A stretch of 30,296 bases of DNA, from contig CAVVEU010000019.1 of assembly GCA_963747235.1 (NCBI GenBank), positions 1 through 30,296 of the forward strand, written 5' to 3'. A model generated the notes under the pieces. That model saw only the letters and a program-made list of their open reading frames with translations. It made no database searches and was not told the DNA's origin. Position 1 is the first letter of the stretch. Every line of letters begins with the position of its first letter. A program made the translations under genes and the position numbers. The stretch is from an uncultured Candidatus Rokubacteria bacterium. GTDB lineage: Bacteria > Methylomirabilota > Methylomirabilia > Rokubacteriales > CSP1-6. Positions 1 to 9,136 of this stretch are shown piece by piece.

Positions 1-675
1 ACCGAGGTAAGCCACGGCTCCCCAGAGCAGGAACCCCACCGCGAAGATCGAGAAGTAGACGAGGCGGCCGAACGGGTCCATCAGGAAGTCGGCGAAGCGT
101 GCGACCGGCTCCATCTCGCCCGGCGCGCGCGCCACCTTGCCGGGAGGCAGTCGCCACAGCAATGCGGCCGGCACCAGCGCCACCAAAGCGTAGCCGATCA
201 GCATCGCCCGCCACGAGACGAAGTGCGCGACCAGGCCGCCGATGGCGGCCGAGAAGGCGAGCCCCGCCGAGGTCACGATCGAGAAGCGGGCCACCACCAC
301 CTGCCGCTGCGCGTACTCGACGGTGTCGCCGATGTGGACGAGGGTGAGCGGGATCACCGCGCCCGCGAAGGCGCCGGTGAGCAGGCGCACCGCGACGAAC
401 TGCCAGGTGGTGGCGCAGAGGGCGGAGAGGGCGGTGCACACGGTGAAGCCGAGCGCGGCGAGCCGGATGACCGCCACTCGCCCGTGGCGGTCGGAGAGCT
501 GGCCGTACGCGAGCTGACCCGCGGCGTACGCAAACGAATAGCTGGTCATGGCGAGGCCGACGGCCCCCGCGGTCGCCTGCAACGACTCGCGGATCGACGG
601 CAGTACCGGCGCGATGATGCGCTGATCCACCGAGACCAGGAAGGCCAGGAGGAAGAGCAGGGTGAGCGCATTCAT
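1..675 (-). CDS. MFS transporter (3' end runs off the window)
   Basis: Manual translation from ATG at 675: MNALTLLFLLAFLVSVDQRIIAPVLPSI...AYGQLSDRHGRVAV (MFS motif A, GxLSDRxGR), with multiple hydrophobic helices. Not in the ORF track because there is no stop in the window. Confidence 0.9.
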   Translation of the reverse strand, partial: MNALTLLFLLAFLVSVDQRIIAPVLPSIRESLQATAGAVGLAMTSYSFAYAAGQLAYGQLSDRHGRVAVIRLAALGFTVCTALSALCATTWQFVAVRLLTGAFAGAVIPLTLVHIGDTVEYAQRQVVVARFSIVTSAGLAFSAAIGGLVAHFVSWRAMLIGYALVALVPAALLWRLPPGKVARAPGEMEPVARFADFLMDPFGRLVYFSIFAVGFLLWGAVAYLG

Positions 676-685
676 CCAGGCCCGG

Positions 686-1862
686 TCATTTGTAGAGCAG
701 GTACGGCCGCCGCGCCCGCGCGAAGGCGGCCAGATCTCTCCGCCACGACGCTTCCATGCGCGCCAGCGGCGTGCCGGCCTCGATGGCCCGGCGGATCCGG
801 TCGGTGCCGGCGATGAGATCGATGGGCTGCTTGTTCCACTGGTACTCGTAGGGCGGTCGCTTCCAGCGGAAGCCGCGCGGGGCCTGCCGGCGCGCCTCCG
901 CGATGAGGGCCACGTAGGCCGCGTAGGAGCGAAAGCGGTCCCAGTCGGTCACGTGCACCTGCACCCCATGGCAGGCGCGTCGCGCCCACTTCTGGAACAT
1001 CGGCTCGAAGGTGATGGGGCGGAAGCGCACCCCGGGCAGGCCGCGCCGCTCGAGCGCGGCGGCCAGCTTCGGGCCGTCCAGGTACGGCGCGCCCACCCAC
1101 TCGAAGGGCCGGGTGGTGCCGCGCGCCTCGGAGAGGTTGGTGCCCTCGAGCAGGCAGCCGCCCGGGTAGACGCGCGCGGTGTCCGGCGTCGGCATGTTGG
1201 GCGACGGCGCCACCCACGGCAGCTCGGTGTCCTCCCACAGCATCTCGCGGCGCCAGCCGGCCATCGGCACCACCGTGAGGTCGCAGCCGAGCTGCTGCGT
1301 CTCGTTGTGGTAGGCGGCCAGCTCCGCGATGGTCAGGCCGTGGCGGATCGGCAGCGGGTAGAGGCCGACGAACGAGGCGAACCGCGGATCGGCGTCGTTG
1401 CCCTCGAGCCGCTCGCCGCCCAGCGGGTTCGGCCGGTCGAGCACGATCACCGGCTTGCCCTCCCGCGCGCACACGCTGCATGGCCAGCACGGTGGTCCAC
1501 GCGTAGGTGTAGTAGCGCGCGCCCACGTCCTGCAGGTCCACCACCAGGACGTCGATTCCGCGCAGCATGGCGGGAGTCGGCGCGAGGCGCCGCTTGCCGT
1601 AGAGGCTGTACACCGGAACCCGGCGCGCGCGGTCGTACTCGACGCCGACGTGGACATGGTCCTGCACGACGCCGCCGAGGCCGTGCTCCGGCCCGAACAG
1701 CGCGGTCAGACGCACCCGCCGCATCTTCCGGATCACGTCGGCGGCGTGGGTGAGATCGCGCGCCACCGACGCGGGGTGGGCGAGCAGACCCACCCGCCGG
1801 CCCGCGAGCAGGGAGCCCAGGCGCCCGGCCAGCACCTCGAGGCCGGGGCGGACGCCCATCAT
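686..1862 (-). CDS. namZ: exo-beta-N-acetylmuramidase NamZ/YbbC (DUF1343) family; one frameshift near 1475
   Basis: The N-part (tail of ORF 672..2519) has RVGLLAHPASV, LFGPEHG, VYSLYG and DLQDVGARYYTY. The C-part (ORF 686..1657) has VLDRPNP, RHGLTIAELA, WVAPSPNMP and EGTNLSEARGTTRPFE. Removing one extra C after ATG CAG joins them. The start overlaps the upstream stop (ATGA). Confidence 0.88.
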
Positions 1863-2998
1863 GCGCGCGCGGGCAGCTCGACCACGCCGCCGCCCACCAC
1901 CGAGAGCTCGCCGTCCTGGTTGTGCGCTTCCTGCTCGATGTCCACCAGGTGCCGGCCGTCCTCGACGCGCTTGCCGGTGACGCGCCCCTCGATGATCAGG
2001 TAGTCGCCCTCCGGGTTGTGGCGGCGGATCTTGCAGTGGGCGCGGCGGAGGAAGCCGTCGTCGCCCATCCAGTTGGTCAGGTGATGCGTCAGCCAGGAGC
2101 AGCGCTCCGGGCCGTAGTCGTAGGCGCCGGGCGCGCCCACCGCGGTGGCGAACTCGTGCTCCCAGTGCACGCGCTCCGGGCAGTCCGGGATGCCGAAGCG
2201 GTTCTTGATGCCGAGGCCGGAGTGCTTGGTGATCTGCTTCCAGTTGAGCTTGTTGGCGCGGATGTAGAGGCCGCCCCAGCCCTGCGCGTAGGCGATGAAG
2301 CCGGTCACCGTCATCGGCCCCTTCGCCATCTTCGGCAGCGCCTCGCCGACGGTCACGTCCTGCCAGTAGCGCGGGGTGGCGCCGCGCACGTCCTCGGCCG
2401 CGTAGAGGCGGTACACCTCGGCCAGCTCCTCGTCGGTGTAGCGGCGGGTCGGCCGGCTCTTCACGTCGGCGTACTTGGAGCCCTGCTCGCGCGCGTGGTC
2501 GCGCTCGGTGCGGAAGCACCAGCTATCCGCCTCGGCGAGCAGCTCGCCCTGCTGGTTGCGGAACTTCACGTGGTAGATCTGCTGCACCGAGCGGCCCGCG
2601 AAGCGCGTCTGGTGCTCGATCAGGTCCTTGAGCCACGCCTCGGTCGAGATCTCGTCGTTGCGCCGCGCCGCCTGGTGCCACGTCCAGTCCGCGCCCGCCC
2701 ACATGGCGTGCACGCCGGAGAGCCCGCCCACGTAGCCCGAGATGATGCGGCTCGTCGCGAAGAGGAAGCTCGGCAGCGCGATGATCCCGCGGTGGCGCGT
2801 GCGCGCCGCGTAGGCCGGGTCGCACCAGAGCGGGTTGTCGTCGCCGATGCCGTGGGCGTAGTGGCGGATGTTGTCGCGGGTGGCCTCGTGGCACCACGGC
2901 TCGAGCGTGTCGGTGATGGGCACGCCGATGCGCCGGCGCAGGTCCTCGAGGCCCTGCGGGGTGATCTTGGGGAAGAGCTGCTGGGTCTCGGCCGCCAT
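1859..2998 (-). CDS. MaoC-like double hot-dog acyl-CoA dehydratase (FAS1-like dehydratase N domain plus second hot-dog)
   Basis: MAAETQQLF start with GGAGG RBS; motifs DNIRHYAHGIGDDNPLW, VHWEHEFATAVGAPGAYDYG and LTNWMGDDGFL; C-terminal 379 aa of ORF 1859..4462. Confidence 0.85.
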   Translation of the reverse strand: MAAETQQLFPKITPQGLEDLRRRIGVPITDTLEPWCHEATRDNIRHYAHGIGDDNPLWCDPAYAARTRHRGIIALPSFLFATSRIISGYVGGLSGVHAMWAGADWTWHQAARRNDEISTEAWLKDLIEHQTRFAGRSVQQIYHVKFRNQQGELLAEADSWCFRTERDHAREQGSKYADVKSRPTRRYTDEELAEVYRLYAAEDVRGATPRYWQDVTVGEALPKMAKGPMTVTGFIAYAQGWGGLYIRANKLNWKQITKHSGLGIKNRFGIPDCPERVHWEHEFATAVGAPGAYDYGPERCSWLTHHLTNWMGDDGFLRRAHCKIRRHNPEGDYLIIEGRVTGKRVEDGRHLVDIEQEAHNQDGELSVVGGGVVELPARA

Positions 2999-3009
2999 GG
3001 CTCGCCCTC

Positions 3010-4575
3010 CTAGGACGTGGGAACGGAGGCGCCGGCCTCGCGCTCGCGGAGCACCTTGCGATTCACCTTGCCGGCGGGCGTCTTGGGCAGCTCGGCCACG
3101 AACTCGACCCGGCGCGGGTACTCGTGCTGGGCGAGACGGGTGCGCGTCCATTCCTGGAGCTCGCGCGCGAAGGCCGGGTCGCCGGGGCGCGGGCTCACGA
3201 TGAAGGCCTTGACCACCAGGCCGCGCAGTTGATCGGGCACGCCGATCACCGCGGCCTCGCGGACATCCGGATGCTTGAGCAGCGCGCCCTCGACCTCCAC
3301 CGCGCTGATCGTCCAGCCCGCGGAGATGATGACGTCGTCGGCGCGGCCGCCGTGGAAGAAATAGCCGTCCGCGTCGGTCCAGCCGCGGTCCTTGGTCGGA
3401 AACCACCCGTCGCGGCGCTTGACCAGGATCTCGCCCGCCTCGTCCGGGGCGCAGCGCGTGCCGTCCGGGCGCTGCACCTCGACCTCCACGCCGGGCACCG
3501 GCTTGCCGAGCGAGCCCGGCTTCACCGCGAAGTCCGGCGCGCCCGGATAGGACGCGAGGATCACGCCGACTTCGGTGGTGCCGTACATGCTGCACACCGG
3601 GGTGCCGAAGGTCGCCTCCACGAAGAGCCGGGTGGCCTCGTCGATGGGCTCGCCGGTGAACGAGAGCTTGCGGATCGCGTAGCGGTAGCGCCCGGCGGTG
3701 CCCGCGCTCTTCATCATCCGGTAGTGGGTGGCCGCGGCGGAGAGATTGGTGATCTCGTGCTCGGCGAGGGCGCGCAGCAGGCGATCCGCGTCGAACTTGC
3801 CCGCGAACGCGCCGGTGGTGACGCCCAGCGCGAGCGGGCCGAGCGTGCCGTGCCAGAGGCCGTGGCCCCACGCGGGCGACGACGGGCAGAAGAACCGATC
3901 GCCGGGCCGGATGCCGGTGCCGTAGAGCGCGGCGACCATCAGCGTGACGACGCTGCGGTGGGTGTGGCGCACCGCCGCCGGCAGCTCGCGGGTGGTCCCC
4001 GAGGTGTACTGGAAGACCGCGAGATCGTCGGCCCGCGTGTCGGCGGCGTAGTGGTCGGGGTACGTCGCGAGCTTGGCCAGGAACGCGTCGTCGGCGACGA
4101 CCGTCGCGAGTCCGGGCGCGTCGGCCGCGATGTCGGCCTGCGCCGGCGAGACGAGCAGCAGCCGCGGCGCGCAGTCGTCGATGCGCAGGCGCAGGCCATC
4201 GGGACCGAAGAGCGTGAAGAGGGGGACCGCGATGGCCCCGCGCTTCACCGCGCCGAAGAGGCCCGCGTAGAAGGGGAGCGACGGCTCCAGCATGATGCCC
4301 ACGCGGTCGCCCGGCCCGATGCCGCGATCGGCCAGGTAGTGGGCGAAGCGGGCGGACCAGGCCGCGAGCTGGCCGAACGTGAAGGCCTCGTCGTGGCCCC
4401 CGTGCTCCGGTGAGTGGACGAGGCGCACCGCGACCCGATCGGCCGGGTGCCGGTCGATGCACTCGTGCGCGATGTTCATCCGCTGCCGGTCGCCGTCGAA
4501 GAGCTCCCAGAGCCGGGCGGGCGAGCAGAGCCGCTGGGCGTCCGCATAGGTGATGTGGTCGGTCAGCGTGGCCAT
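3010..4575 (-). CDS. acyl-CoA synthetase (AMP-binding, acetate/medium-chain CoA ligase-like)
   Basis: YTSGTT P-loop, YGTTE, GRADDVI and LPKTPAGKVNR. Start placed at 4575 because the 4587 ATG overlaps a -10 box. Confidence 0.92.
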   Translation of the reverse strand: MATLTDHITYADAQRLCSPARLWELFDGDRQRMNIAHECIDRHPADRVAVRLVHSPEHGGHDEAFTFGQLAAWSARFAHYLADRGIGPGDRVGIMLEPSLPFYAGLFGAVKRGAIAVPLFTLFGPDGLRLRIDDCAPRLLLVSPAQADIAADAPGLATVVADDAFLAKLATYPDHYAADTRADDLAVFQYTSGTTRELPAAVRHTHRSVVTLMVAALYGTGIRPGDRFFCPSSPAWGHGLWHGTLGPLALGVTTGAFAGKFDADRLLRALAEHEITNLSAAATHYRMMKSAGTAGRYRYAIRKLSFTGEPIDEATRLFVEATFGTPVCSMYGTTEVGVILASYPGAPDFAVKPGSLGKPVPGVEVEVQRPDGTRCAPDEAGEILVKRRDGWFPTKDRGWTDADGYFFHGGRADDVIISAGWTISAVEVEGALLKHPDVREAAVIGVPDQLRGLVVKAFIVSPRPGDPAFARELQEWTRTRLAQHEYPRRVEFVAELPKTPAGKVNRKVLREREAGASVPTS

Positions 4576-4585
4576 GCCCTCGCTC

Positions 4586-4647
4586 ATACTAGCAAAGGCG
4601 CCACCGCAAATAGCCGCATTGACTGCCGCCGCGGCACGGGCTAACGT
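4586..4647. promoter_or_regulatory. divergent sigma70-like promoters
   Basis: + strand: TTGACT(4619-4624)-N17-TAACGT(4642-4647) ahead of the SDR. - strand: extended -10 TGcTAGTAT (hexamer 4591-4586) about 10 nt before ATG 4575. Confidence 0.6.
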
Positions 4648-4667
4648 TCGGCCCCGGGAGGCCGACT

Positions 4668-5426
4668 ATGACTTCAACGCAGAAGGTCGCGATCGTCACG
4701 GGAGCGAGCAGTGGGATCGGCAAGGCCAGCGCGCTGGCCCTCATGAAGGAGGGTTACGCCGTCGTCTTCGCGGGCCGGCGCAAGGACATGCTGGAGTCCG
4801 CCGCCGCCGAGGGCAAGGGCACGCCCGGCAAGTCGCTGGTGGTGCAGACCGACGTGACCAGCCACGAGTCGATCAAGGCGCTCTTCGCCACGACGAAGGA
4901 GACGTTCGGGCGGCTCGACGTCCTCTTCAACAACGCGGGCGGGGGCGCGCCGCCGGTGCTGCTCGAGGACCTCACCTACGAGCAGTGGACGACGGTGGTC
5001 AACGCCAACCTGACCGGCGTCTTCCTGTGCACGCAGGAGGCGTTCAAGATCATGAAGGCCCAGACCCCGATGGGCGGGCGCATCATCAACAACGGGTCGA
5101 TCTCGGCGCACACGCCGCGGCCCAACTCCTCGCCCTACACCGCGACCAAGCACGCGGTGACCGGCCTCACCAAGGCCACCGCGCTCGACGGCCGCAAGTA
5201 CGACATCGGGTGCGGGCAGATCGACATCGGCAACGCGGCCACCCCCATGACCGCGCGCATGGCCAAGGGCGTGCTCCAGCCCGACGGCACCACGCGGGCG
5301 GAGCCGACCATGGACGTGAAGGCGGTGGCGGACGCGGTGGTCTACATGTCGAGCCTGCCGCTCGACGCCAACGTGCTGTTCCTCACCGTGATGGCGACGA
5401 AGATGCCCTTCGTCGGGCGCGGCTGA
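4668..5426 (+). CDS. SDR family oxidoreductase
   Basis: [12 protein letters not shown], catalytic YTATK and MPFVGRG C-terminus; GGGAGG RBS. Confidence 0.95.
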   Translation: MTSTQKVAIVTGASSGIGKASALALMKEGYAVVFAGRRKDMLESAAAEGKGTPGKSLVVQTDVTSHESIKALFATTKETFGRLDVLFNNAGGGAPPVLLEDLTYEQWTTVVNANLTGVFLCTQEAFKIMKAQTPMGGRIINNGSISAHTPRPNSSPYTATKHAVTGLTKATALDGRKYDIGCGQIDIGNAATPMTARMAKGVLQPDGTTRAEPTMDVKAVADAVVYMSSLPLDANVLFLTVMATKMPFVGRG

Positions 5427-5463
5427 TCGTCCTTCGCGACTGATCGGTTCTCGCGGCTGATCG
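5418..5463 (+). repeat. three direct 12-bp repeats with a 17-bp period
   Basis: CGCGGCTGATCG (5418), CGCGACTGATCG (5435) and CGCGGCTGATCG (5452), with 5-nt spacers, between convergent genes. Confidence 0.7.
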
Positions 5464-5472
5464 GCGGAGCTG

Positions 5473-6716
5473 TCAGGGCAGGGCAATGCCGCCTGCCCGC
5501 AGCTCCGCCTCGCTGAATCCCAGCTCGTCCACCAGCACCGCGCGGTTGTGCTCGCCCAGGCGCGGGCCCGCGTGCCGGATCCCGCCCGGCGTCTCCGACA
5601 GGCGCCCGATCACGTTCTGCATCCGCAGCGGCCCCAGGTCGGCATCCGCCACCGTGGCGATGGAGCCGCGCGCCGGTAGTGCGGGTCGGCCAGCACCTCG
5701 TCGGCGCCGCGGACCGGCGCGGCCACCGCCTGCGCGGCGTCCAGGCGCGCGAGCAGGTCGGCCTGGTCGACGCGCGCGATCGCCGCCTGCAGCGCGGCGT
5801 CGAGCGCGTCCACGTGGGCCAGGCGCGCCTGGTTGTCCGCGGAAGCGCGGATCGCGCCGGCAGCTCGGGCACGCCGAGGCTCCGGCAGAGCCGCTCGAAC
5901 ACCGACGGCGACGCGCCGGAGAGCGCGATCCACTTGCCGTCGCGCGCCCGGTAGGTGTTGCGCGGGGCGATCAGCGGCGTGCGGCTGCCGGTGCGCCCCT
6001 GCACGATGCCGAGCTGATCGAACTCGATGAGCTGCGGGCCCATCAGGGTGAGCAGGGGCTCGTAGATGGCCAGGTCCACGACCTGGCCGCGCCCGCCGCG
6101 CTGCGCGCGCCCCTGCAGCGCGGCCAGGGTCAGGAAGGCGCCGGCGAGCCCGGCGGCGGAGTCCGCCAGCGCGAAGCTCGGCAGGAGCGGCGGGCCGTCG
6201 GCCTCGCCGTTGATGGCCACGAAGCCGGTGGCCGCCTCCGCGGTGGTGCCGAAGCCGGGCCGATCGCGCTCCGGACCGGTCTGGCCGAAGCCGGTCACGC
6301 GCGTGAGCACGAGCCCCGGGTTCACGCGCGGCGAGCGCGTCGTAGCCCAGGCCCCACTTCTCGAGCGTGCCGGGCCGGAAGTTCTCGATCATCGCGTCGG
6401 CGCCCGCGACCAGCCGGCGCACGATCTCGACGCCGAGCGGCGTGTGCAGATCGGCGGTGATCGCGCGCTTGTTGCGGTTGAGCATCTTGAAGTAGAGGCC
6501 GGCGCCGTCCTTGACCGCGCCCCAGACGCGCAGGCCGTCGCCCTGCGGGTGCTCGATCTTGATCACCTCGGCGCCGTAGTCGCCCAGGTACATCGCAGCG
6601 GTGGGGCCCGCGATCAGTGAGGAGCAGTCGAGCACCCGCAGGCCCGCCAGCGGGCCCCCCGCGCGAGGGCCCGGCGACGACGGCTGTTCCGGATCCGGAA
6701 CCGATTGCGCAGTCAC
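5473..6716 (-). CDS. CaiB/BaiF class III CoA-transferase; frameshifts near 6327, 5850 (two) and 5670
   Basis: GPLAGLRVLD, AGP...LGDYGAEVIKIEHP.GD, LNRNKR, ENFRPGTLEKWGLG; then NPGLV..RVTGFGQTGP, GRGQVVDLA, PRNTYRARDGKWI; ends GPRLGEHNRAVLVDELG..GIALP-TGA(5473). Probable GTG start at 6716. Confidence 0.9.
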
Positions 6717-6724
6717 GAACAGCC

Positions 6725-6752
6725 ATGCTACGGTCTTTGGCGATGGTGTCAA
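6725..6752. promoter_or_regulatory. overlapping divergent promoters for the CoA-transferase and IclR genes
   Basis: - strand: TTGACA(6752-6747)-N16-TAGCAT(6730-6725), 8 nt before GTG 6716. + strand: TGcTACGGT (hexamer 6729-6734), 8 nt before ATG 6743. Confidence 0.6.
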
Positions 6753-7552
6753 GGGGCGGCGCGGAGGCTTCGCTGGACGGCGGTCACCGGGCGGTGGCGC
6801 GCGTGCTCGACATCCTGGAGACGCTCTCGGCCCGGCCCGCGGGCGCGAGCCTCACCGAGCTGAGCGTCACGCTCGAGGCGCCCAAGACCAGTTTGCTGCC
6901 GCTGCTGCGCACCCTGGTGAGCCGCGGCTACGCGGCCCGGGGCGACTCCGGGCGCTACGGGATCGGGCCGCGCTGGCTCGAGGCTGCCGACAAGGGCGCG
7001 GTCGCGCCGGACCTGGTCGAGGCCGCGCATCCGGTGCTGCAGGCGCTCACCCGCGAGACCGGCGAGACCACCTTCGTGGCGGTGCTGCCGCCCGGCCACG
7101 CGGACCTGGTCTACGTGGACAAGGTGGAGAGCCCGCAGCGCATCCGCTACAGCGCGGAGCTGGGCGAGCGGCGCCCACTGTACTGCACCGCCACCGGCTT
7201 CGCGCTCTTCGCCTTCCTCGAGCCCGCCCGGCGCGAGCATCTCGTGCGCACGCTTCCGCTCGCGCGCCACACACGGCGGACGACGACGAGCCGCGATCTC
7301 CTGCGCCGCCGCCTCGACGCCATCCATGCCGCGGGCGTGGCGGTGACGGTGGACGAGTTCGTGATCGGGGCGGGGGGCGCGGCCGCGCCGGTCTACGGGC
7401 GTGACGGCCGCCTGGTCGCCGCGTGCGCGGTGACCGGCCCGACCGCGCGGATCCACGCCGGGAGCCGGCGCTTCGCGGAGGCGGTCAAGCGCGCGGCGGC
7501 CGAGATCTCGGAGCGGCTGGGCCATCATCGAAACGGGAAGAGGGCGCGATGA
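6743..7552 (+). CDS. IclR family transcriptional regulator
   Basis: AVARVLDILE..SLTELS...PKTS...LRTLVSRGY HTH; C-domain LGERRPLYCTATG and AAPVYGRDGRLVAA. Start at 6743 (alternative 6725). Confidence 0.93.
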   Translation: MVSRGGAEASLDGGHRAVARVLDILETLSARPAGASLTELSVTLEAPKTSLLPLLRTLVSRGYAARGDSGRYGIGPRWLEAADKGAVAPDLVEAAHPVLQALTRETGETTFVAVLPPGHADLVYVDKVESPQRIRYSAELGERRPLYCTATGFALFAFLEPARREHLVRTLPLARHTRRTTTSRDLLRRRLDAIHAAGVAVTVDEFVIGAGGAAAPVYGRDGRLVAACAVTGPTARIHAGSRRFAEAVKRAAAEISERLGHHRNGKRAR

Positions 7553-8597
7553 GCGACATCGACGAGGCGGCCGACCCGGCCGCGCTGATCGAGGCGTACT
7601 ACGACGCGGGCTGGACCGACGGCCTGCCGGTCGTGCCGCCGTCGGACGCGCTCCATCGCGGCGATGCTGGCCGCGGCCGGGCTCGACGGCTCGGAGGAGC
7701 TGGGGGCGATCACGGGCCGCAACGCGGTGGTCAGCGCCGAGAAGGCCGCGATCAATGCGGTGATGGCGGGCTGCCGCCCCGAGTACATGCCGGTGGTGGT
7801 CGCGGCGGTGAAGAGCCTCTGCGCGCCCGCCTTCGCCTATCACGGACCGGCCAGCAGCACCGGCGGCTCCGCGATGGCGCTGGTCGTCAACGGGCCGATC
7901 GCGTCGCGGCTCGGCATCAACAGCGGCAACAACGCGTTCGGCCAGGGGCACCGGCCCAACGCCACCATCGGCCGCGCGGTGCGCCTCATCATGATGAACG
8001 TGATGAACACGCGCCCGGGGGTGCTCGACCGCGCCACGCTCGGCAATCCCGGCAAGTACACCTTCTGCTTCGCGGAGCACGAGGAGGATCACCCGTGGGA
8101 GCCGCTGCACGTGGCGCGCGGCCTGCGGCGCGAGGACAGCGCGGTCACCCTGATCGCGTCCAACAGCCTCTACCAGGTGTACAACCACCTGGCCGCCGAC
8201 CCGGAGCCGCTGCTCTATTGCTTCGCCGACGCGCTCGGCAACGTGGGCACGTCCAACCTGCTCGGCTTCAACGAGACGCTCATCGTCTTCGCGGGCGAGC
8301 ACGCGGAGGTGCTGCAGAAGGCGGGCTGGAGCCGCCTCGACGTGCAGCGCTTCCTGATGGAGCGCACGCGCCGGACGGTGGCCGACTACAAGCGCGGGCG
8401 CGCGCCTGCCCGGCGAGGTCACGCCCGCCGACGAGACGACCTGGCGCTACCGCTTCGAGCGGCCCGAGGACATCCTGATCGCGTTCGCGGGCGGCCGAGC
8501 GGGGAGCTGGTCCGCCTGCCTGCCCGGGTGGGGAACCAAGTGGACCCGCAGCGTCACCACACGCATTGAAGTTCCCAGTGGAGGAGACACGGCATGA
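7549..8597 (+). CDS. conserved uncharacterised protein (~348 aa), UGSC-selenoprotein partner; frameshifts near 7650 and 8400
   Basis: Joined reading: MSDIDE..YYDAGWTDGLPVVPP / AINAVMAGCRPEYMPVV..NGP..GINSGNNAFGQGHRPNATIGRA..LGNPGKYTFCFAE..PWEPLH / ..PEDILIAFAGGRAG..GGDTA-TGA(8595). ATGA overlaps at both ends. Confidence 0.8.
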
Positions 8598-9121
8598 AGC
8601 TCTTTGATCCGACCTCGAAGCCGGTGGAGCGCGCGATCAAGCTGGCGCCCCGTCCGGCGAGCCCCCGCGGCCTGCGCCTCGGGCTGGTGGAGAACACCAA
8701 GTTCAACGCGAGCCCCATCCTCGAGAAGCTCGCGGAGCGGCTGGCCCGGCGCCATCACATGACGGTCACGGTGCGGAACCGGAAGCGCTCGGCGAGCCAC
8801 GAGGTGGACGCGGACGGGATCCGAGCCCTGCGCGCGCAGGCCGATCTCGTCATCTCCGGCATCGGCGACTGAGGGTCGTGCAGCTCGAGCAGTGTGCTCG
8901 ACGCGATCCTGATGGAGGAGCAAGGGGTGCCGGCCATCGCCATCGTCACCGCCCCGTTCCGCAATACCGGGCGCGCGATGGCCGAGAGCTGGGGCAAGCC
9001 GGGCTACCCGTTTCTCGACATGCCGCATCCCATCGCCAATCTCACCGACACGCAGCTCGACGAGCGGTGCGATCGGCTGGTGGAGCAGGTGGAGGAATGG
9101 CTCGGTTTCGAGGCGCACTAG
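8594..9121 (+). CDS. UGSC-family thioredoxin-like selenoprotein (175 aa, Sec at residue 93, TGA 8870-8872)
   Basis: ORFs 8594..8872 and 8894..9121 are in the same frame. Across the TGA it reads ISGIGD-U-GSC-SSSSVLDAILMEEQGVP..HPIA. GGAG RBS upstream; hairpin directly after the TGA. Confidence 0.9.
8873..8909 (+). promoter_or_regulatory. putative bacterial SECIS element
   Basis: Lower stem GGGUCGUG(8873-80)/CGCGAUCC(8902-09), CAGC bulge, upper stem UCGAGCA/UGCUCGA, apical GUG loop 19 nt after the UGA. Confidence 0.8.
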
Positions 9122-9136
9122 CCGTAAGATGGACGC

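Noticed and set aside
1859-4462. 867-aa ORF suggesting a large fusion protein
   Set aside because: Only the last 379 aa (from ATG 2998, with an RBS) are protein-like; the rest is an alternate frame of the acyl-CoA synthetase.
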